The notes below the pieces were generated by a model. The model had not been told where the DNA came from. It saw only the letters and a list, made by a program, of their open reading frames with translations, and searched no databases. Position numbers and translations under genes: made by a program. Positions 25,060 through 39,418 of a stretch of 64,000 nucleotides of DNA are shown piece by piece (within the stretch, counting starts at the first letter, position 1; each line of letters starts with the position of its first letter). The stretch is from Mobula hypostoma (Eukaryota), in the NCBI RefSeq assembly GCF_963921235.1, contig NC_086108.1, positions 58,592,001 to 58,656,000 of the forward strand. The letters are read 5' to 3'.

Positions 25060-26975
25060 GCATTAGATCTGCAATCTGCCGAGGGCCAGATCAGAGGGAT
25101 TCAGGTCTGGCAACTAAGTAATATACAAGAGGTCCAGGTACAATCTCCTGAAAGCCACCTCACGGGTGAAGTGGCAATTCCGGAGTAAATGTGAAACAAT
25201 GAAGGATGCTCAGCAGCTGTGGCAGGGTTTGAATACTATTATCCCTTACAAAGTGAAATCAAGTGATATAAGTGACAACAGGACTTCACTTCCAGATGAG
25301 CTCAATGCTTCCTATGCTCCCTTTGACCATGAAAACATGGAGAAACCTTCACGAACTCCCACAGCCCTTGATGACCCTGTGATTTAAGCCACTGAGGCCA
25401 ACGTCAGAGCATCCTTCAGGAGAATGAACCCACGGAAAGCGTCTGGCCTAGTACTAAGGACCTGTACTGATCAGCTGGCCGGAGTGCTCACTGATACCTT
25501 TAACCTCTCGCGTCAGCAGTCTGCTTCAAGCAGACTTCAGTTACACCGGTGCCTAAGAAGAATGTGGTAATCTGCCTCAGTGCCTATCATCCATTAGCAC
25601 GTACATCGACGTTGATGAAGTGCTTTGAGAGGTTGATGATGAAACATATCAATTCCTGCCAGAAAAGCAGCTTGGATCCACTCCAGTTTGCCTACCAACA
25701 TAAAGCTCCCTCTGCGGGCTTGTATAGAAACTTGGGTCATTAGCCGGCTCTGCTAACAGCCACTGGATTCAGCGGTGAGAAACAATATGCTTCTAGGGTC
25801 GGTATGATTTGCGCCCAACCAAACAGGAAAGTTGGGGCGTTTCGGTTAACGGGACCCCGATTCAAGTGAGTGTTGTGTAAGTACTGCCCATATACAATTA
25901 TCAGATTGTACGCTGCATACAATTATAAAGAAAGTGTATTTAGTAATTTCAGCTTTATTACCTAGTTATTAAGAGGAAAAGGAAAAGAAAAAATAACAGA
26001 GCCCATTACAATTAAACCAGTCTAAATGTACACAGTGTTGGAGCTCATATTTCCCAAAAGCTGGGTTTGACTGTTACTCACAGCGCGGAATTCTCATCAC
26101 CAATAGAATTTCCTATCTTGAACTCTCTTGTCTTGCAAAGAACTTCTTGCAATCATGTCTTCCTGTTGGATTGAATTCCATGGCCATCTCTCCCAATCTT
26201 CTCCTCTTTCCATCTCCTGCCAAAAAGACCACAAACCCCACCAGTGTTCATCACAAATCTCTCTCCACCCAGGCTTCTCTCAATTCCACCATCCCGATTG
26301 GCTAACACAACTTTCTTAAGTTGAACATCTTTAACTGAAACCCAAATATTGTCAGCAGGACACACTGCTTCTCCAGAAAGCTACTAAATGAAAAATGAAC
26401 TACCCTACAGCATTAGCAGTAAAAATCTTAACTAGGGCATTACAAACACAAGTTCACAGGAGATGCCATTTCATTGACTCTTCACTCAGCCGTAGAATAT
26501 CTGGACAGCAAAGGCACAAACATCAGGATGCTCTTTATCAACCATATCTCAGCATTCAATACCATCATCCCCTAAAAACTAATCAATAACTCGCTCCCCC
26601 CACACCACCCAGATCATGCTCACTTTTCACTGCCACCATCAGGAAGAAGGTAAAGGAGCTGCAGGGCTCTCACCACCAGGCTCAGGAACAGTTTTGCCCC
26701 CTCAGCCATCAGGCTCTTGAACTAGTGAGGATAACTTCAGTCAACTTCATTACCCTATCAGTGAAGTGTTCCTACAACCTATGGACTCACTTTCAAGGAC
26801 ATCTCATCTCATGTTCTTGATATTTATTGATTAATTTTTTTCTTTTGTGCTTGCACAGTTGGTTGCTTTTTGCACATTTGTTGTTTGTCTGTCCTGGTGT
26901 GATCTTTCAATAATTCTATTCTGTTTTTTGGATTTTCAGTGAGCGCCCGCAGGAAAATGAATCTCGGAGTTAACA
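25060..26975 (+). mobile_element. Rex1/Babar LINE, internally deleted, host of a solo LTR
   Basis: ORFs LPDELNASYAPF and MKCFERL...LDPLQFAY; Rex1 3' end at ~26610-26970. Confidence 0.8.
25701..26444 (-). mobile_element. Solo LTR (~744 bp)
   Basis: Clean insertion in the Rex1 RT with a 4-bp TSD AACA (25697-25700 and 26445-26448). Minus strand starts TGTAA and has CCAAT upstream of AATAAA. The other terminus reads TA instead of CA. Confidence 0.7.
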
Positions 26976-27053
26976 GATATCATGCTCATGGCCTGACAAC
27001 TTGTCTCTGAGCTGCAGCAAGCTCTCTGGTGGTATCATCCAAAAGCGATCTAT

Positions 27054-29015
27054 TAGAACATAGAATATAGAAGAGTACAGCACAGGAACAGGACCTTTGG
27101 CCCACAATGTTGTGCCAAACCAATTAAATTAGAAATCAAATGGCGAACTAAACTAATCTCTTCAGCCTACACGATGTCCATATCTTTCCATTTTCATCAC
27201 ATTCATATGCCTATCTAAATGAGTTTTAAAAATCTCCAATGTTTCTGCCTCTACCGGCACCCCAGGCAGAGCATTCCTGCACACACCACTCTGTGTAAAA
27301 AAAACTTGCCCCTCACATCTCCATAAGACCTTAAGACATAGGAGTAGAATTAGGCCATTCAGCCCATCGTCTGCCCCGCCATTCCATCTTGGCTGATCCC
27401 AGATCAATGTTAACCCTATACACTTGCCTTCTTGTGATATCCTTTGATGCTCTGACCAATGAGGAAATTATCAATTTCCGCCTTAAATATATGTGTGGAC
27501 TTGGCCTCCACTGCATTCTGTGGCAGAGCATTTCACAGATTTACTACTCTCTGGTTAAAAAAAAAAATTCTCCTTACCTCGGTTCTAAAGGGTGGCCCCT
27601 CAATTTTGAGACTGTGCCCTCTAGTTCTGGATATCCCCACCACAGGAAACATCCTCTCCACATCCACCTTATCTAGTCCTTTCAACACTCAGTAAGTTTC
27701 AATGAGATCGCCCTGCATTCTTCTAAATTCCAGTGAGATAGGCCGAAAGCTGCTAAATGCCTCTCATATGTTAATCCCTTTGTTCCCAGAATCATCCTCC
27801 TGAACCTCCTCTGGACACTCTCCAATGATATGGGGCCCAAAACTGTTGACAATACTCCAAGTGTGGCCTGACTAGTGTTCTATAAAGGCTCAGCATTATC
27901 TCCTTGCTTTTATGTTCTATTCCCATTGAAATAAATGCCAACATTGCATTTACTTTCTCTACCACAGACTCAGCTGAAAATTAACCTTCTGGGAGTCTTG
28001 CACAAGGATTCCTAAGTCCCTCTGGACCTCTGATGTTTGAACCTTCTCCCCATTTAGATAATAGTCTGCGGTATTGTTCCTTTTACCAGAATGCATTATC
28101 ATACATTTCCCAACACTGTATTCCACCTGCCACTTTTTTGCCCATTCTTCCAATTTGTTTGAGTCCTGCTGCAATCAGATTGCTTCCTCAGCACTACCTA
28201 CCCCTCCACTTATCTTCGTATTATCCACAAACTTTGCCACATAGCCATCAATTTCATTATGTAAATCATTGACAAAGATATGTGAAAAGTAGCGGTCCCA
28301 ATTTTGACCCCTGAGGAATACCACTAGTCTCTGGCAGCCAACCAGAAAAGGCCCCTTATATTCCCCATCGCTGCCTCCCGCCTGCCAGCCATTCCACTAT
28401 CCATGCCAGTATCTTTCCATAACGCCATAGGATTTTATCTTGTTAAGCAGCCTTTGAAATTACCTCCTCTTACCTTAAATACATGTCCTATAGTACTAGA
28501 CATTTCGACCCGGGGGAAAAGATATTGTCTGTCTACTCTATCTATGTCTCTCATAATTTTATGAACCTCTATTAAAACTCCCCTCAGCTTCCGCTGCTGC
28601 AGAGAAAACAACCCAAGTTTGTCCACTCTGTCATTATAACACATGCTCTCTAATACAGGTAACATCCAGATTTTTTAAAGCTGCAACATAACCCCAACTC
28701 TGGAAATCAATTCCTCAACTAACAAAGGCAAGCAGGTCATATACCTTCTTTACCACCTTATCAACCTGAGGAGACATTTTCACGAGGCAATTGACTTGGA
28801 CAGCAAGATCCCTCTGCACATCAACACTGTTAAAGGTCTTGCCATTAAGGGTGTACTGTCTTTTTACATTTGATCTCCCAAAGTACAACAATTCACATTT
28901 GGCCAGATTAAACTCCATCCGTCATTTCTCCGCGCATATCTGAAGCTGATCCACATCATTTGGCAGTCTTGTATGTTATCCACAACACCATTAGTTTTGG
29001 CCTATCCGCAAAATT
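27054..29015 (-). mobile_element. CR1 3' portion with a second CR1 nested at ~27325-28455
   Basis: Two distinct CR1 tails (tagaacatagaatatag at 27054; cataagaccttaagacata at ~27323) and two sets of RT C-terminal ORFs. Confidence 0.8.
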
Positions 29016-29016
29016 A

Positions 29017-31905
29017 GTCAAGTCAAGTCAAGTTTACTGTGATTCATTTTTCGTCCCTCTTCCCTCTGGGAGAAGGCTCAGGAGCTTGAAGACTCATACG
29101 GCCAGATTTGGGAACAGCTTCTTTCCAACTGTGATAAGACTGCTGAACCGATCCTGACCCGGATCTGGGCCGTACCCTCCAAATATCCTGACCTGCCTCT
29201 TGGTTTTTTTGCACTACCTTACTTTCCATTTTTCTATTTTCTATTTATGATTTATAATTTAAATTTTTAATACTTACTATTGATTTGTAATCCAAGGAGC
29301 GTGAAGTGCAGAATCAAATATCGCTGTGATGATTGTACGTTCTAATATCAATTGTTTGGTGACAATAAAGTATAAAGTAACTATATACATGTATATAACA
29401 TATATGACCATATCATGTATATAGAAATGAGACAACATTTCTCCAGATCTGTGTGTAAAGCACAGTAGTACATATAACACACATACACATGATAGCTTAT
29501 GAAGGTAAGGATAAAATCTACAGAGGAATCACATGCAAGTATCAAAAATCCATTAATATTAAACCAGTGACACTTTGGATACAATGCAGCTGGGAATTCA
29601 GAAGCCTAATAGCCTTGGGGAAGAAACTGTTTGTCATCCCGACTGTTCATGTTTTTATGCATCATAATCTCCTGCTTGATGGTAGAAAGTCAAAGAGGAT
29701 GCTGGATGGATTGGTGGGATCCTTAATAATACTAAGGGCCCTGTATAAGCAGCACTCCTGATAAATGTCTCTGATGGATGGTAGGGAGACCCCTATGATC
29801 CTCTAAGCTGTCCTCACAGTCCTTTCTATAGACTTCTGGTCTGATGATCGACTACTCCCATACCAGATGGAGATGCAACTTGTCAGGCTCCTGTAAAACA
29901 CAGTTAAGATGGTGGGGTATGGGGGGAGGAGCCTCGCTTGCCTCAAACTTCTCAGGAGGTGGAGGTGCTGCTGTGTCTTCTTGTTCAGGGAGATGATGTT
30001 AAAGGACCAGGTGAGGTCAATCATAATGTGAACTCCCAGGAACTTGGTACACTCTCTACAGAGGAGCCATATATTTGCAGAGGGTGATGGTTTGTCTGAA
30101 CCTTCCTGAAGTCCACAACGATCACTTTCAGGCCTAAGTTGTTCTTCTCACACCAATCCACCAGTCGCTCCACTTCCTCTCTGTACTCCATCCCGTCATC
30201 GTTCTTGATAAGGCCAACCACTGTTGTGTCATCCGCAAACTTGATGACACAATTTGAGCTGTATCCTGCGACACAGTCTTGCGTCAGCAGTGTGAACAGC
30301 AGCGGGGTGAGCACACAGCTTCAGGGAGCGCCAATGCTCAGCGTAGTGGGACGAGAGATGTTGCTGCCCACACTGAATGACTGTGGCCTTATTGTTAAGA
30401 AGCCTAGTATTCAATTGCAGAGGGAGGTGTAGAGATTCAACGGGGACAGCTTCCCCACCAGTTTTTAGGGTATGATGGTGCTGAACTCCAAACCAAAGTT
30501 CTATAAACAGCAGTCTGGCATACGAGACTCCATTTTCCATGTGGGACAGGACAGAGTGGAGGGCAGAGGCTATTGCATTGCCAGTGGATCGACTTGAGCA
30601 ATAAACGAACTGGAATGTGTCCAGTGTAGCCAGATGTAAGGCTTTAATGTGCTCCATGCCCAGCCGCTCAAAGCATTTCATAATGGTTGATGTTAATGCC
30701 ACTGCACAGTCATTTAGGCAGGTTACTGTCACCCTCTTTGGTACTGGAATGTTGGTTGCCATCTTGAAAATCAAGGGGACAGTGGATTGTTCCAGAAATG
30801 TGTTGAATATACCCATCAACACCTCTGTCAGCTGGGCTGTGCAGTCTTTCAGAACCTGACCTGGTATACTATTGCACCCTGTAGCCTTGTGTATGTTGAC
30901 TCTGGCCAAGGTCTTCTTCACCTCAGCTTCAGCCAGACAGAGTGTCCACTCCCCTGGGAGGGGTGGGGTGCCTTCCTCGCCGGCACTTTGTTCTGCACAT
31001 CACACCAGGCGTAGAAGACATTTAGCCTCTCAGGGAGTGAAGCATCCTGGTCACTGTCGTGCAAGGGTGGACTTGTAGTCTGTAATCCCCTGAATTCCCT
31101 GCCATATGCGCCTTGTGTCTCTGGTATCACAGAAGTGGCTGTAAATTCTCTGAGAGTGCCCTTATTTTGCCTTCCTGACAGAGTGGAAAAGCAGAGTTCT
31201 TGCTTCCCTGATAGCTATCACATCTCCCGATCTAAAGGCAGCATCTCAATCCCTCAGACTGGCACGGGCCTCTGCAGTAAGCTAAGGCTTCCGAGTTTCC
31301 CTCACCTGGATGTGTTTCATGATGGTATCATTCTCAGGACACTTGTCTATGTAGCTGGTCACAGAATCCACATATTCCTCAAAGTTAGCATGGTTGCCAT
31401 GGGTAACAGCCTTCCTGAACATTCTCCAGTTCACATTATCAAAGCAGTCCTGCAGTGCAGTGGTTGTACCCTCAGGCCCAGGTTTCACCATCTTTAGAAC
31501 GGGTTTTACCCATTTGATCACTAGTTTGTATGCTGGAATTAACATTACAGATGAGTGCTCTGAGAGTCCAATGTGGAGTCAAGGGACTGTTTTATAGGCA
31601 CCGTGTATGTCAGTGTAAACAGGGTTAGTGTATTTTCACCTCTGGTAGCTAAATCAACATGCTGGTGAAATTCAGGCAGGATTGTCTTTAGGTTCGCACG
31701 GTTGAAGTCACCTGCGATAATGAAGATACCATTGGGGAGTTTAGTTTGGAAGTTGCTGGTGGCACTGTAGAGTTCATGCAGTGCCTTCCCGGCATTAGGA
31801 GAGGGAGGATATGTACAGCTGCTAACACAATTGTAGTGAACTCCCTCGGTATATAAAAAAGTCTGCATTTCACCAAAATGAACCCAATCATCGGTGACCC
31901 ACCCA
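29017..31905 (-). mobile_element. Rex1/Babar LINE (endonuclease and RT, frameshifted)
   Basis: FIIAGDFNRANL, ATRGENT, IMKCFERL, KFADDTTVVGLI; (cttga)n tail at 29017-29035. Confidence 0.88.
29043..29379 (+). mobile_element. Young Rex1 3' end inserted into the tail of the opposite-strand Rex1
   Basis: FVPLPSGRRLRSLKTHTARFGNSFFPTVIRLLN, then gacaataaagtataaagta. Confidence 0.8.
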
Positions 31906-31914
31906 CCTACGTTT

Positions 31915-32270
31915 TCATGCTGGTCAATTATATATACCATAAAGAGCAGAGATCCCCATATGGATCCCTACAGAACACTACAGTACCAGTCACAGACCTC
32001 CAGCCAGAATAAGACAACTATAACTTCTATGGGGAAGCCAATTCACTGAGGATTCTATGCATTACTATCTTCTGGATGAGCCTCCAATGAAAGATCTTGT
32101 CAAGTACCTTACTAAAATCCACGCAAACAACATTCACAGCCCCATCTTCATCAATAACCCTCATTACCTTCTCGAAAAATTCAATCAAGTTGGTAAGACA
32201 TGACTTGTGCTGACTGTCCCTAATTAGGCCATGGTTTTCCAATTGCTCACAAGTCCTTCCTTTATTAGAC
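31915..32270 (-). mobile_element. CR1 RT fragment
   Basis: ORF 32027-32272: KSCLTNLIEFFE, VDFSK. Confidence 0.8.
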
Positions 32271-32289
32271 ATCAGTAAAGAGTGATGTC

Positions 32290-33290
32290 AAATAAGGCTG
32301 AATCAATGCATTGTCCTCTTTCTCTTTGCACTTCGCCTACAACAAACATTCTCTGGAAGTGGGGATAATTTTCAGAACTAATAGGAAACCATTGAATCTG
32401 CAGTAAGAATGAAGATCATCTGAACCTTAATAGCAGAACGGCAGTCTGTAAATATGTTATGTATTTGCATACGCTCCAGCCTGTAACATTCACTGAACAG
32501 TATGAGAAGGTGGCCTTTGTATTCAACACTGTCAACTAATTTCCTCTATCAATCTGACTCTGCCACAACACTTGAGATCGTGGAAAATATAGACTACTTT
32601 CTGTATCTCAGGAGCAACCTCTTGCCAAATGCACATATCTATTTTGAAATTCACAGTCACCTTTAATACATCAGTACAGCCTTCAATGCAGCCTTTGGTA
32701 AACTGAGGAAAGGGGTAATTCTGAATCAAAATCATAGACTTGGCATAATACTCATAGCCTGTTCGGCAGCAGTGATCACTGCTCTTCTATATGCTTCAAG
32801 GACTAGGCTACCCACAGCAGGCATCTTGAGGCATGGCAAAGTCATCACAAATGCCTTGCTCAAAAAAGCCCTAAGTTCCCCTTACAGTTAAGCAAAACCA
32901 ATTCAATGTTCTCTTTCAGGACAACATCCACAGTACTGACATTACTGATTTCATTCAGTCCGCTCCACTGGCCACAGTTCATATGGTTGAGTAGATATTA
33001 TATTCTGAGCTCTACCTGGGTGGACAAAGGAAAAAATTCAAGACTTTGCTCAAATCCTCAGTGTAAAGATGCCGCATTCCCATTGACTATTGGAAATACC
33101 TAACCCTGGAGGCTCAAAGTGGAGAAGCATCATTTCAATGTTACTGAGCACCTCAAGACCTGCATAAATGTCTTAAGGAATGGATCACAAAATACCCACC
33201 TGCCTGCCAAACAGGCACTCTTGTCCCATCTGTGGAAGAGTCATTAATTAATACAATATCCCTTCTGAAATTCACAAAACCACATGAAAT
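32290..33290 (+). mobile_element. Old RTE-clade LINE remnant
   Basis: Decayed ENIDYFLYLRS...AAFGKLRK...AAVITALLYAS, typical of the RTE RT C-terminal region. Confidence 0.6.
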
Positions 33291-33299
33291 CAAATTACT

Positions 33300-34997
33300 C
33301 ATAAGACCATAAGACAAAGGAGCAGAATTAGCCTTTGCCAGTAATCTTTGACATCTTTACTAATCAATAAACGATCAACTTCTGCTTTAAATATACCCAA
33401 TGTCTTGGCCACAACAGCCATCTGTGGTGGTGAGTTCTATCGATTCACCACCCTCTGGTTAAAGAAATTCCTCCTAATCTCTGTTCTAAAGGGAAGTCCA
33501 TCTATTCTGAGGCAGTGGCTTCTTGTCCTAATCACCCACTATAGGAAACACCCTCTCCACCTCCACACTATCTGGCCTCTCAATGTTCGATTGGTTTCAA
33601 TTAGATCCCCCACTATTCTTCTTCTACACATCAGCAAATACAGGCTCAGAATTATCAAGTGCTTCTCATACATTAACCCTTTCATTCCCAGAATTATTCC
33701 CATGAACCTTATCTGGAGCCTCTCCCTCTTTTCTCAGATAAGGGGCCCAGAATATTTAAAGACCTCTTATATATTCATAATACTTAAAGGCTGGTCTGAC
33801 CAATGCCTTGTAAAACCCCAGCATTACATCCCTCCTTTAATATTAGAGACCTCTTTGAATGAATACTAACATTGCATTTACCTTCCTTACCACCAACTCA
33901 ACCTGTCAGTTAAACTTCAGAGAATCCTGCATGAGGACGCCCAAGTCCCCTTGCATCTCTGATTTCTGAATTTCCTCCCTTTATAGAAAGTAGTCTACGT
34001 CTTTATTCCTCTCACCGAAGTGCATGACCATACACATCCCTGCGCTATATTCCATTGCCACTTCTTTGCCAATTCTCTTAATCTAAGTCCTTCTACGAAC
34101 TCCCTGCTTCCTCAGCATTAACTCCACCTATCTTTGTATCTTCCACAAACTTGGCCATAAATCCAACAACTCCATTGTCCAAATCATTGACATAAAAAGT
34201 GAAAAGAAGTGACCCCAACACTGACCCATGTGGAACACCACTAGTCACCTGCAACCACTCAGAAAAAGGGCCCCTTTATTCCCACTCTTTGCCACCTGCC
34301 AGTCAGCCAAGCTTCTATCCATACTAGCATTTTTCCTGTAATACCATGAGTTCTCACCTTGTTTAGAACCCTCATGTGTAACACCTTGTCAAAGGCCTTC
34401 TGAAATTCAAGTAAACAACATCTACCCACTCTCCTTTGGCTATTTTGCTTGCTATTTCCTCAAATAATTCCAACAGATTTGTCAGGCAAAATTTCCCCTT
34501 AAAGAAACTATGCTGACTTTAGCCTATTTTATCATGTACCTCCAAGTATCCCGAAACCTCATTCTTAATAATAATCTCCAATATCTTCCCAAACACTGAA
34601 ATCAGGTAAAATGGCCTATAATATCCTTTCTTTTGCCTCCCTCCCTTCTCAAAGGGAGGAGTGACTTGAAATTTTCCAATCATCTGGAACTATTCCAGAA
34701 TCTAGTGACTCTTCAAAGTTCACTAATAATGCCTCCACAATCTCCTCAGTTACCTCTTTCAGAACCCTGGGGTGTCGTCCGTTATGTTTAGTAACTCCAA
34801 AACGCAAAATGCATTGAAAGAAAAACAGAGCCGGGAGATGCATGTGCTTAGTTTCATTTTAAAAGTCAACTCGCCGGCATTCTACAAACTCCCTCTCCTG
34901 GGATTCAGCACCAACCTTATTTTCCCTATCTACCTGCATACTGAAATCTCCCATTGCCCCTTTTGCATACCTTTTTTCTCCTATCGTAAAGTGTCCC
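33300..34997 (-). mobile_element. CR1 LINE, host of the Gypsy provirus (resumes at 39663-39710)
   Basis: cataagaccataagac tail; HPRVLKEV; the endonuclease sequence is continuous across the provirus. Confidence 0.82.
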
Positions 34998-35410
34998 TGT
35001 AGTAACTTCTACTTTGAAAAAGGCACACTCGACAACTTCATGCCAAAGAAACAACTTTATCTCGAACTTCAAAACCGTTAAGTATATACAGAGGCTTTCA
35101 CAACCCATACGGCATGGCAGGTACACTATATACAAAGCACACCAGAAGTAAAAAGACTGGAAGTAAAACCCCCCATTATCCTAATTAGTATTAACCTACT
35201 TTTAATAATGGTCACGTTACAACACTTCTCCCCCTTTCAAATCCAACATCCCCAAATGTAAAAAACTAGGAAATAAAAACAGTGGTGTTATTAACTTGCG
35301 TATCCCTGAAAACATATTAGTATCTCAGCAACAGTTTAACAATACAAAACATCTGGAAAACATGACAGATTCAACATTCAATCTAACAACAACAAAAAAG
35401 AACTGTCCCG

Positions 35411-38400
35411 TCAAAGATTCAGTCTGTCAGGAGGCTTACGAGTGCACTGGGATCTGTGCACTACCCCCGGTGACCCAGCAGGCACCACTGGTGAGGGTGT
35501 TTTGGGTGGGTCTGGTGTTGGGGGTATGAGAGGGGTCTGTGTGTCTGTGTGAGAATGTCCATCCTCTTCAGGGGGCTCCTTTGGCAAAGTCACTGGTGGA
35601 CATGCTTCCACCATAGTCTGACTCACAAATGGAAACTCCATGGGACTGTCTGCCTCTGAGCCGGTATCATGACGCAGGCGCACATGGTCCTGATGTCTGC
35701 TGAAAACACGCCCATCAATCAACTTAACAACATAGGAGACGGGACCACTCTGCTTAAGAATAACCCCAGGCAGCCATTGCTGATTGTTTCTCACATAGAC
35801 ATTGTCATCTGGTTTTCACTGCCTCTCTCGCGCATGTTGATCATGTCCCTCCTTCTGCTTTCCCTGCTTTCTCTCCACTTCTCCCTTCATGTCTGGGCGC
35901 AGCATGTCCAATCTTGACTTGGGCCTACGCCCCATCAGCGTCTCTGCGGGAGTGCGGGCAGTCGTAGTCTGTGGTGTGAGGCGGTATTTAAACAGGAAAC
36001 GTGAAAGCCGAATGCTAAGGGAGTCCCCTGTCATCCGCTTCAGGCCTTCCTTCACCGTCTGAACAGCCGCTCAGCCAAACCAGTGGAGGCTGGGTGGAAA
36101 GGGGCCGTCCGAATGTGACGAATGCCATTCTGCTGCATGAACTCACTGAACAGCTCACTGGTGAACGTCGGGCCACTATCAGTGACCAGAGTGTCAGGCA
36201 GCCCGTGGACTGCAAACACTTGCCTGAGTTTGTCTATGGTTGAGGGGGCTGTGATGTTGCTCATGACGTGAGCTTCGATCCATTTAGAATGCGCATCTAC
36301 CATTACAAGAAACATCTGCCCCATAAAAGGGCCAAATCCAAATGTAGCCTAGACCTGGGGTGGTCTGGCCACTCCCATGGGTGCAAAGGAGCTGGCAGTG
36401 GCATATTCTGATTAGTCTGACATTGTGTGCATGATTTTACCTTGTTCTTCAGATCCTGATCCATTCTTGGCCACCAAACGTAGGCTCTTGCAAGGCTTTT
36501 CATTCGAGACACTCCTGGGTGAGCCTCATGAATTTCCTCCACAATCTGTGAACGGCCAGGGGAAGGCACGGTGACCCTCCCTCCCCAGAAAATGCAGCCA
36601 TCCTGCAGACTGAGTTCTGTCTTGCGTTTGACATAAGGCCTCAGTTCCTCTCCTTCCACGACTCTGGGCCAACCTTGTAAAAGAAAAGTCTTGACCTGGG
36701 ACAGGACTGGGTCCCTCTCTGTCCACTGCTCGATCTGGGTCGCCTTTACAGGTGTCTTTGACAGCCTCTCCAATGAAAACACAGTCTCTGGAGGCACATA
36801 TGTCGTATCAGGTGTCTCAGGTAAAGGTAGTTGACTCAGTGCATCAGCATTTGTATTATTCCCTCTCGCTCTGTACACTATAGTGTACTGGTAGACTGAC
36901 AACGTAAGAGCCCAACACTGTATCCTGGTTGAGGCTAGCAGTAGGATGCATCTAATCTCACTGAACAGGCTCATCAGTGGTTTATAGTCTGTATAAATTG
37001 TAAATACACGTCCATAAAGGTACTGATGAAAACATTTGACCACAAAAACAATGGCCAGACCTTCTTTGTCTAGCTGTGAGTATTCCTTCTCAGCAGCTGT
37101 CAGGGTATGTGAAGCAAAACCAATAGGCTTCGCTGATCAGTCCTCCATTACATGTGAGAGAACTGCCTCGACTCCATAGGGCGAGGCATCGCATGCAAGG
37201 GTGATCTCCTTGTCTGGGTCATAGTGAACGAGCAGCTTCGCTGAGTGGAGGAGTTCTTTCACATCCTTGAAAGCTTTCTTCTGCTCTTCATCCCACTGCC
37301 GCTTAGCGTCATTGTGAAGCAGCTTATACAGTGGGGTCAAAACCCCTGAGAGGTCAGGAAGAAACTTGCCATAATAATTCACCATGCCCAAAAATGATCT
37401 GAGTTCTGTGACAGTCCTAGGGCTTGGGGCTTCCTTAATAGCTCTCACTTTGTCCTCCACAGGGCAAAGCACCTCAGCTGTGATCTTGTGTCCCAGGTAA
37501 GTCACACGATGCCAGGAACACAGATTTTCTGTGTTTCAACCGCACCCCTGCGTCTGAAAGCCTCTTCAGCACCCGCTCTGCGTTAGCCAGATGCTCCACC
37601 TCCGTAGCCCTCGTGATCAAAATATCATCAAGGTACACTTCTACGTGTGGAATCCCCTGCAGCAAAGTGTCCATTGTCCTTTGGAAAATGGCAGGGCTGG
37701 ACGCCACTCCAAACACCAGGCGATTGTACTTCAATAATCCCTGTGCGTATTATTTGTGACGTACTCCTTTGAATCCTCGTCGAGCAGCAGCTGTTGGTAG
37801 GCATGGCTCATGTCCAGCTTTGTGAACAGCTTACCCCCTGACAGGGTCACAAACAAGTCATCCACCCGTGGCAATGGGTACTCCTCCAGCTCAGAGACCT
37901 GATTCACCGTAAGATTATAATCCCCACATATCCTCACCGTTTTGTCTGCCTTCAAAACTGGAACAATGGGAGCCGCCCATCTTGAAAACTGGACGGGCTC
38001 AATAATGCCCAGCCTCTGTAGACGTTCCAGCTCCTCCTCGACTTTGCCTTTCATGGCATAGGGCACCGACCTGGGCTTAAAAAAACGTGGTGTGGCCTCA
38101 GGGTTGACATGGAGTTTCACTGTCACGCCCTTCAGTGTTCCCAGCTCGTCCCTGAAAACGTCACTACACCACTGCAGAATGTCCTCCATCGTGTGTGCAG
38201 ACTTAATTTCATGCCAGTTTAGCTGGATTTTGCGAAGCCAATCGCAACCCAAAAGACTGGGCCCCCCGCCCTTAGCTATCATTAGTGGCTTCAGCTTTCT
38301 GACCCCTCGCTGCAATGTCCACATATAACACCCCTAAATGAGGTATAGGGTGTCCCGTATAGGTCCTAAGTTTGAGCTTTGACGGTCTAATGGGAGGCAG

Positions 38401-39361
38401 GTTGGACCCTCAGGTCCTCCTGTAGGTCTCCTCACTAATGACCGATGCAGTAGCCCCTGAATCAACCTCAAACTTAATGTCCTTTCCCCTGACAGTGACT
38501 GTGGCATAATATGGTTCAGGTGGTTCCTCATCTGTTTCCACTCCAAACATGTTGTAGGCACACGCTGCCTCTCCATCTGCATCTTCTAGGTGGTGTGTGA
38601 CTGCCTGAGCCTGTTGAGCTTTCCCCCGCCCAGGCTTCATCTTACCCTTTGAACTTCTGCACTTTTTAGCTAAATGTCCCTTTTTGCTACAAGCATGGCA
38701 GACAGTGTCTTTGAATTTGCAATCATTTGCATAGTGCGTCCCTCCACACCGGAAACATTCCACCCGCTTTGCCTGTTTACCAGTCTCCCTCCTGACTTGG
38801 TGCACTGCCGCCGACTGCGACCTCCCATTGTCCTTTCTGGATATCCTTGACATTATTAGCAGCCATCTCCATGCCTTGGGCAATCTCTAAGGCTTTCTTG
38901 AAAGTCAGCGGTGGGGTTTCCCCTAACAGGCGGCGTTGTATGTCGGCATTATTAATGCTGCATACCAATCTATCACAGAGCATATCTTCCAACACCGCTC
39001 CGAAATCACAATGCTCGGACAGCTGCCGAAGCTCGGCCACAAAATTAGCCACAGACTGGCCTGGCTTCCTGAAACGGCTGTGAAACTTGCACCGTTGGAC
39101 TATCACAAAAGGTTTCGGATTGTAGTCGTTCCCCACGAGCTTGACCAGTTCGTTATATGGAATGTCCCTTGGTTTCTGCGGTGCAGCAAAATTTCTTATT
39201 AGCTTGTAAGCCTTCGCCCCACACACACTCAGGAGAATAGAGCGCTTCTTAGCCTCCTCAGTAATTCCATTAGCACAGAAAAAGTGTCCCAACCTTTCCT
39301 CATACTCCGTCCAGTACTCGTTTCCTTCCAGAAATTCACCGATAGTTCCAATCGTCACCAT
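35411..39361 (-). pseudogene. gag-pol polyprotein with multiple frameshifts
   Basis: Two zinc knuckles (CFRCGGTHYANDC, CHACSKKGHLAKKC), protease VDSGA, RT YLDD, RNase H CDAS, integrase HHCC and core (VTDSGPTF). Confidence 0.93.
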
Positions 39362-39418
39362 CTGAAACGTGAAGCTCCCGTTCGAAAAATGTGCCAATAA
39401 GTTCACAAAACCAGTTCA

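Noticed and set aside
32400..32830. Possible host exon
   Set aside because: Its translation matches decayed RTE reverse transcriptase with stops and frameshifts.
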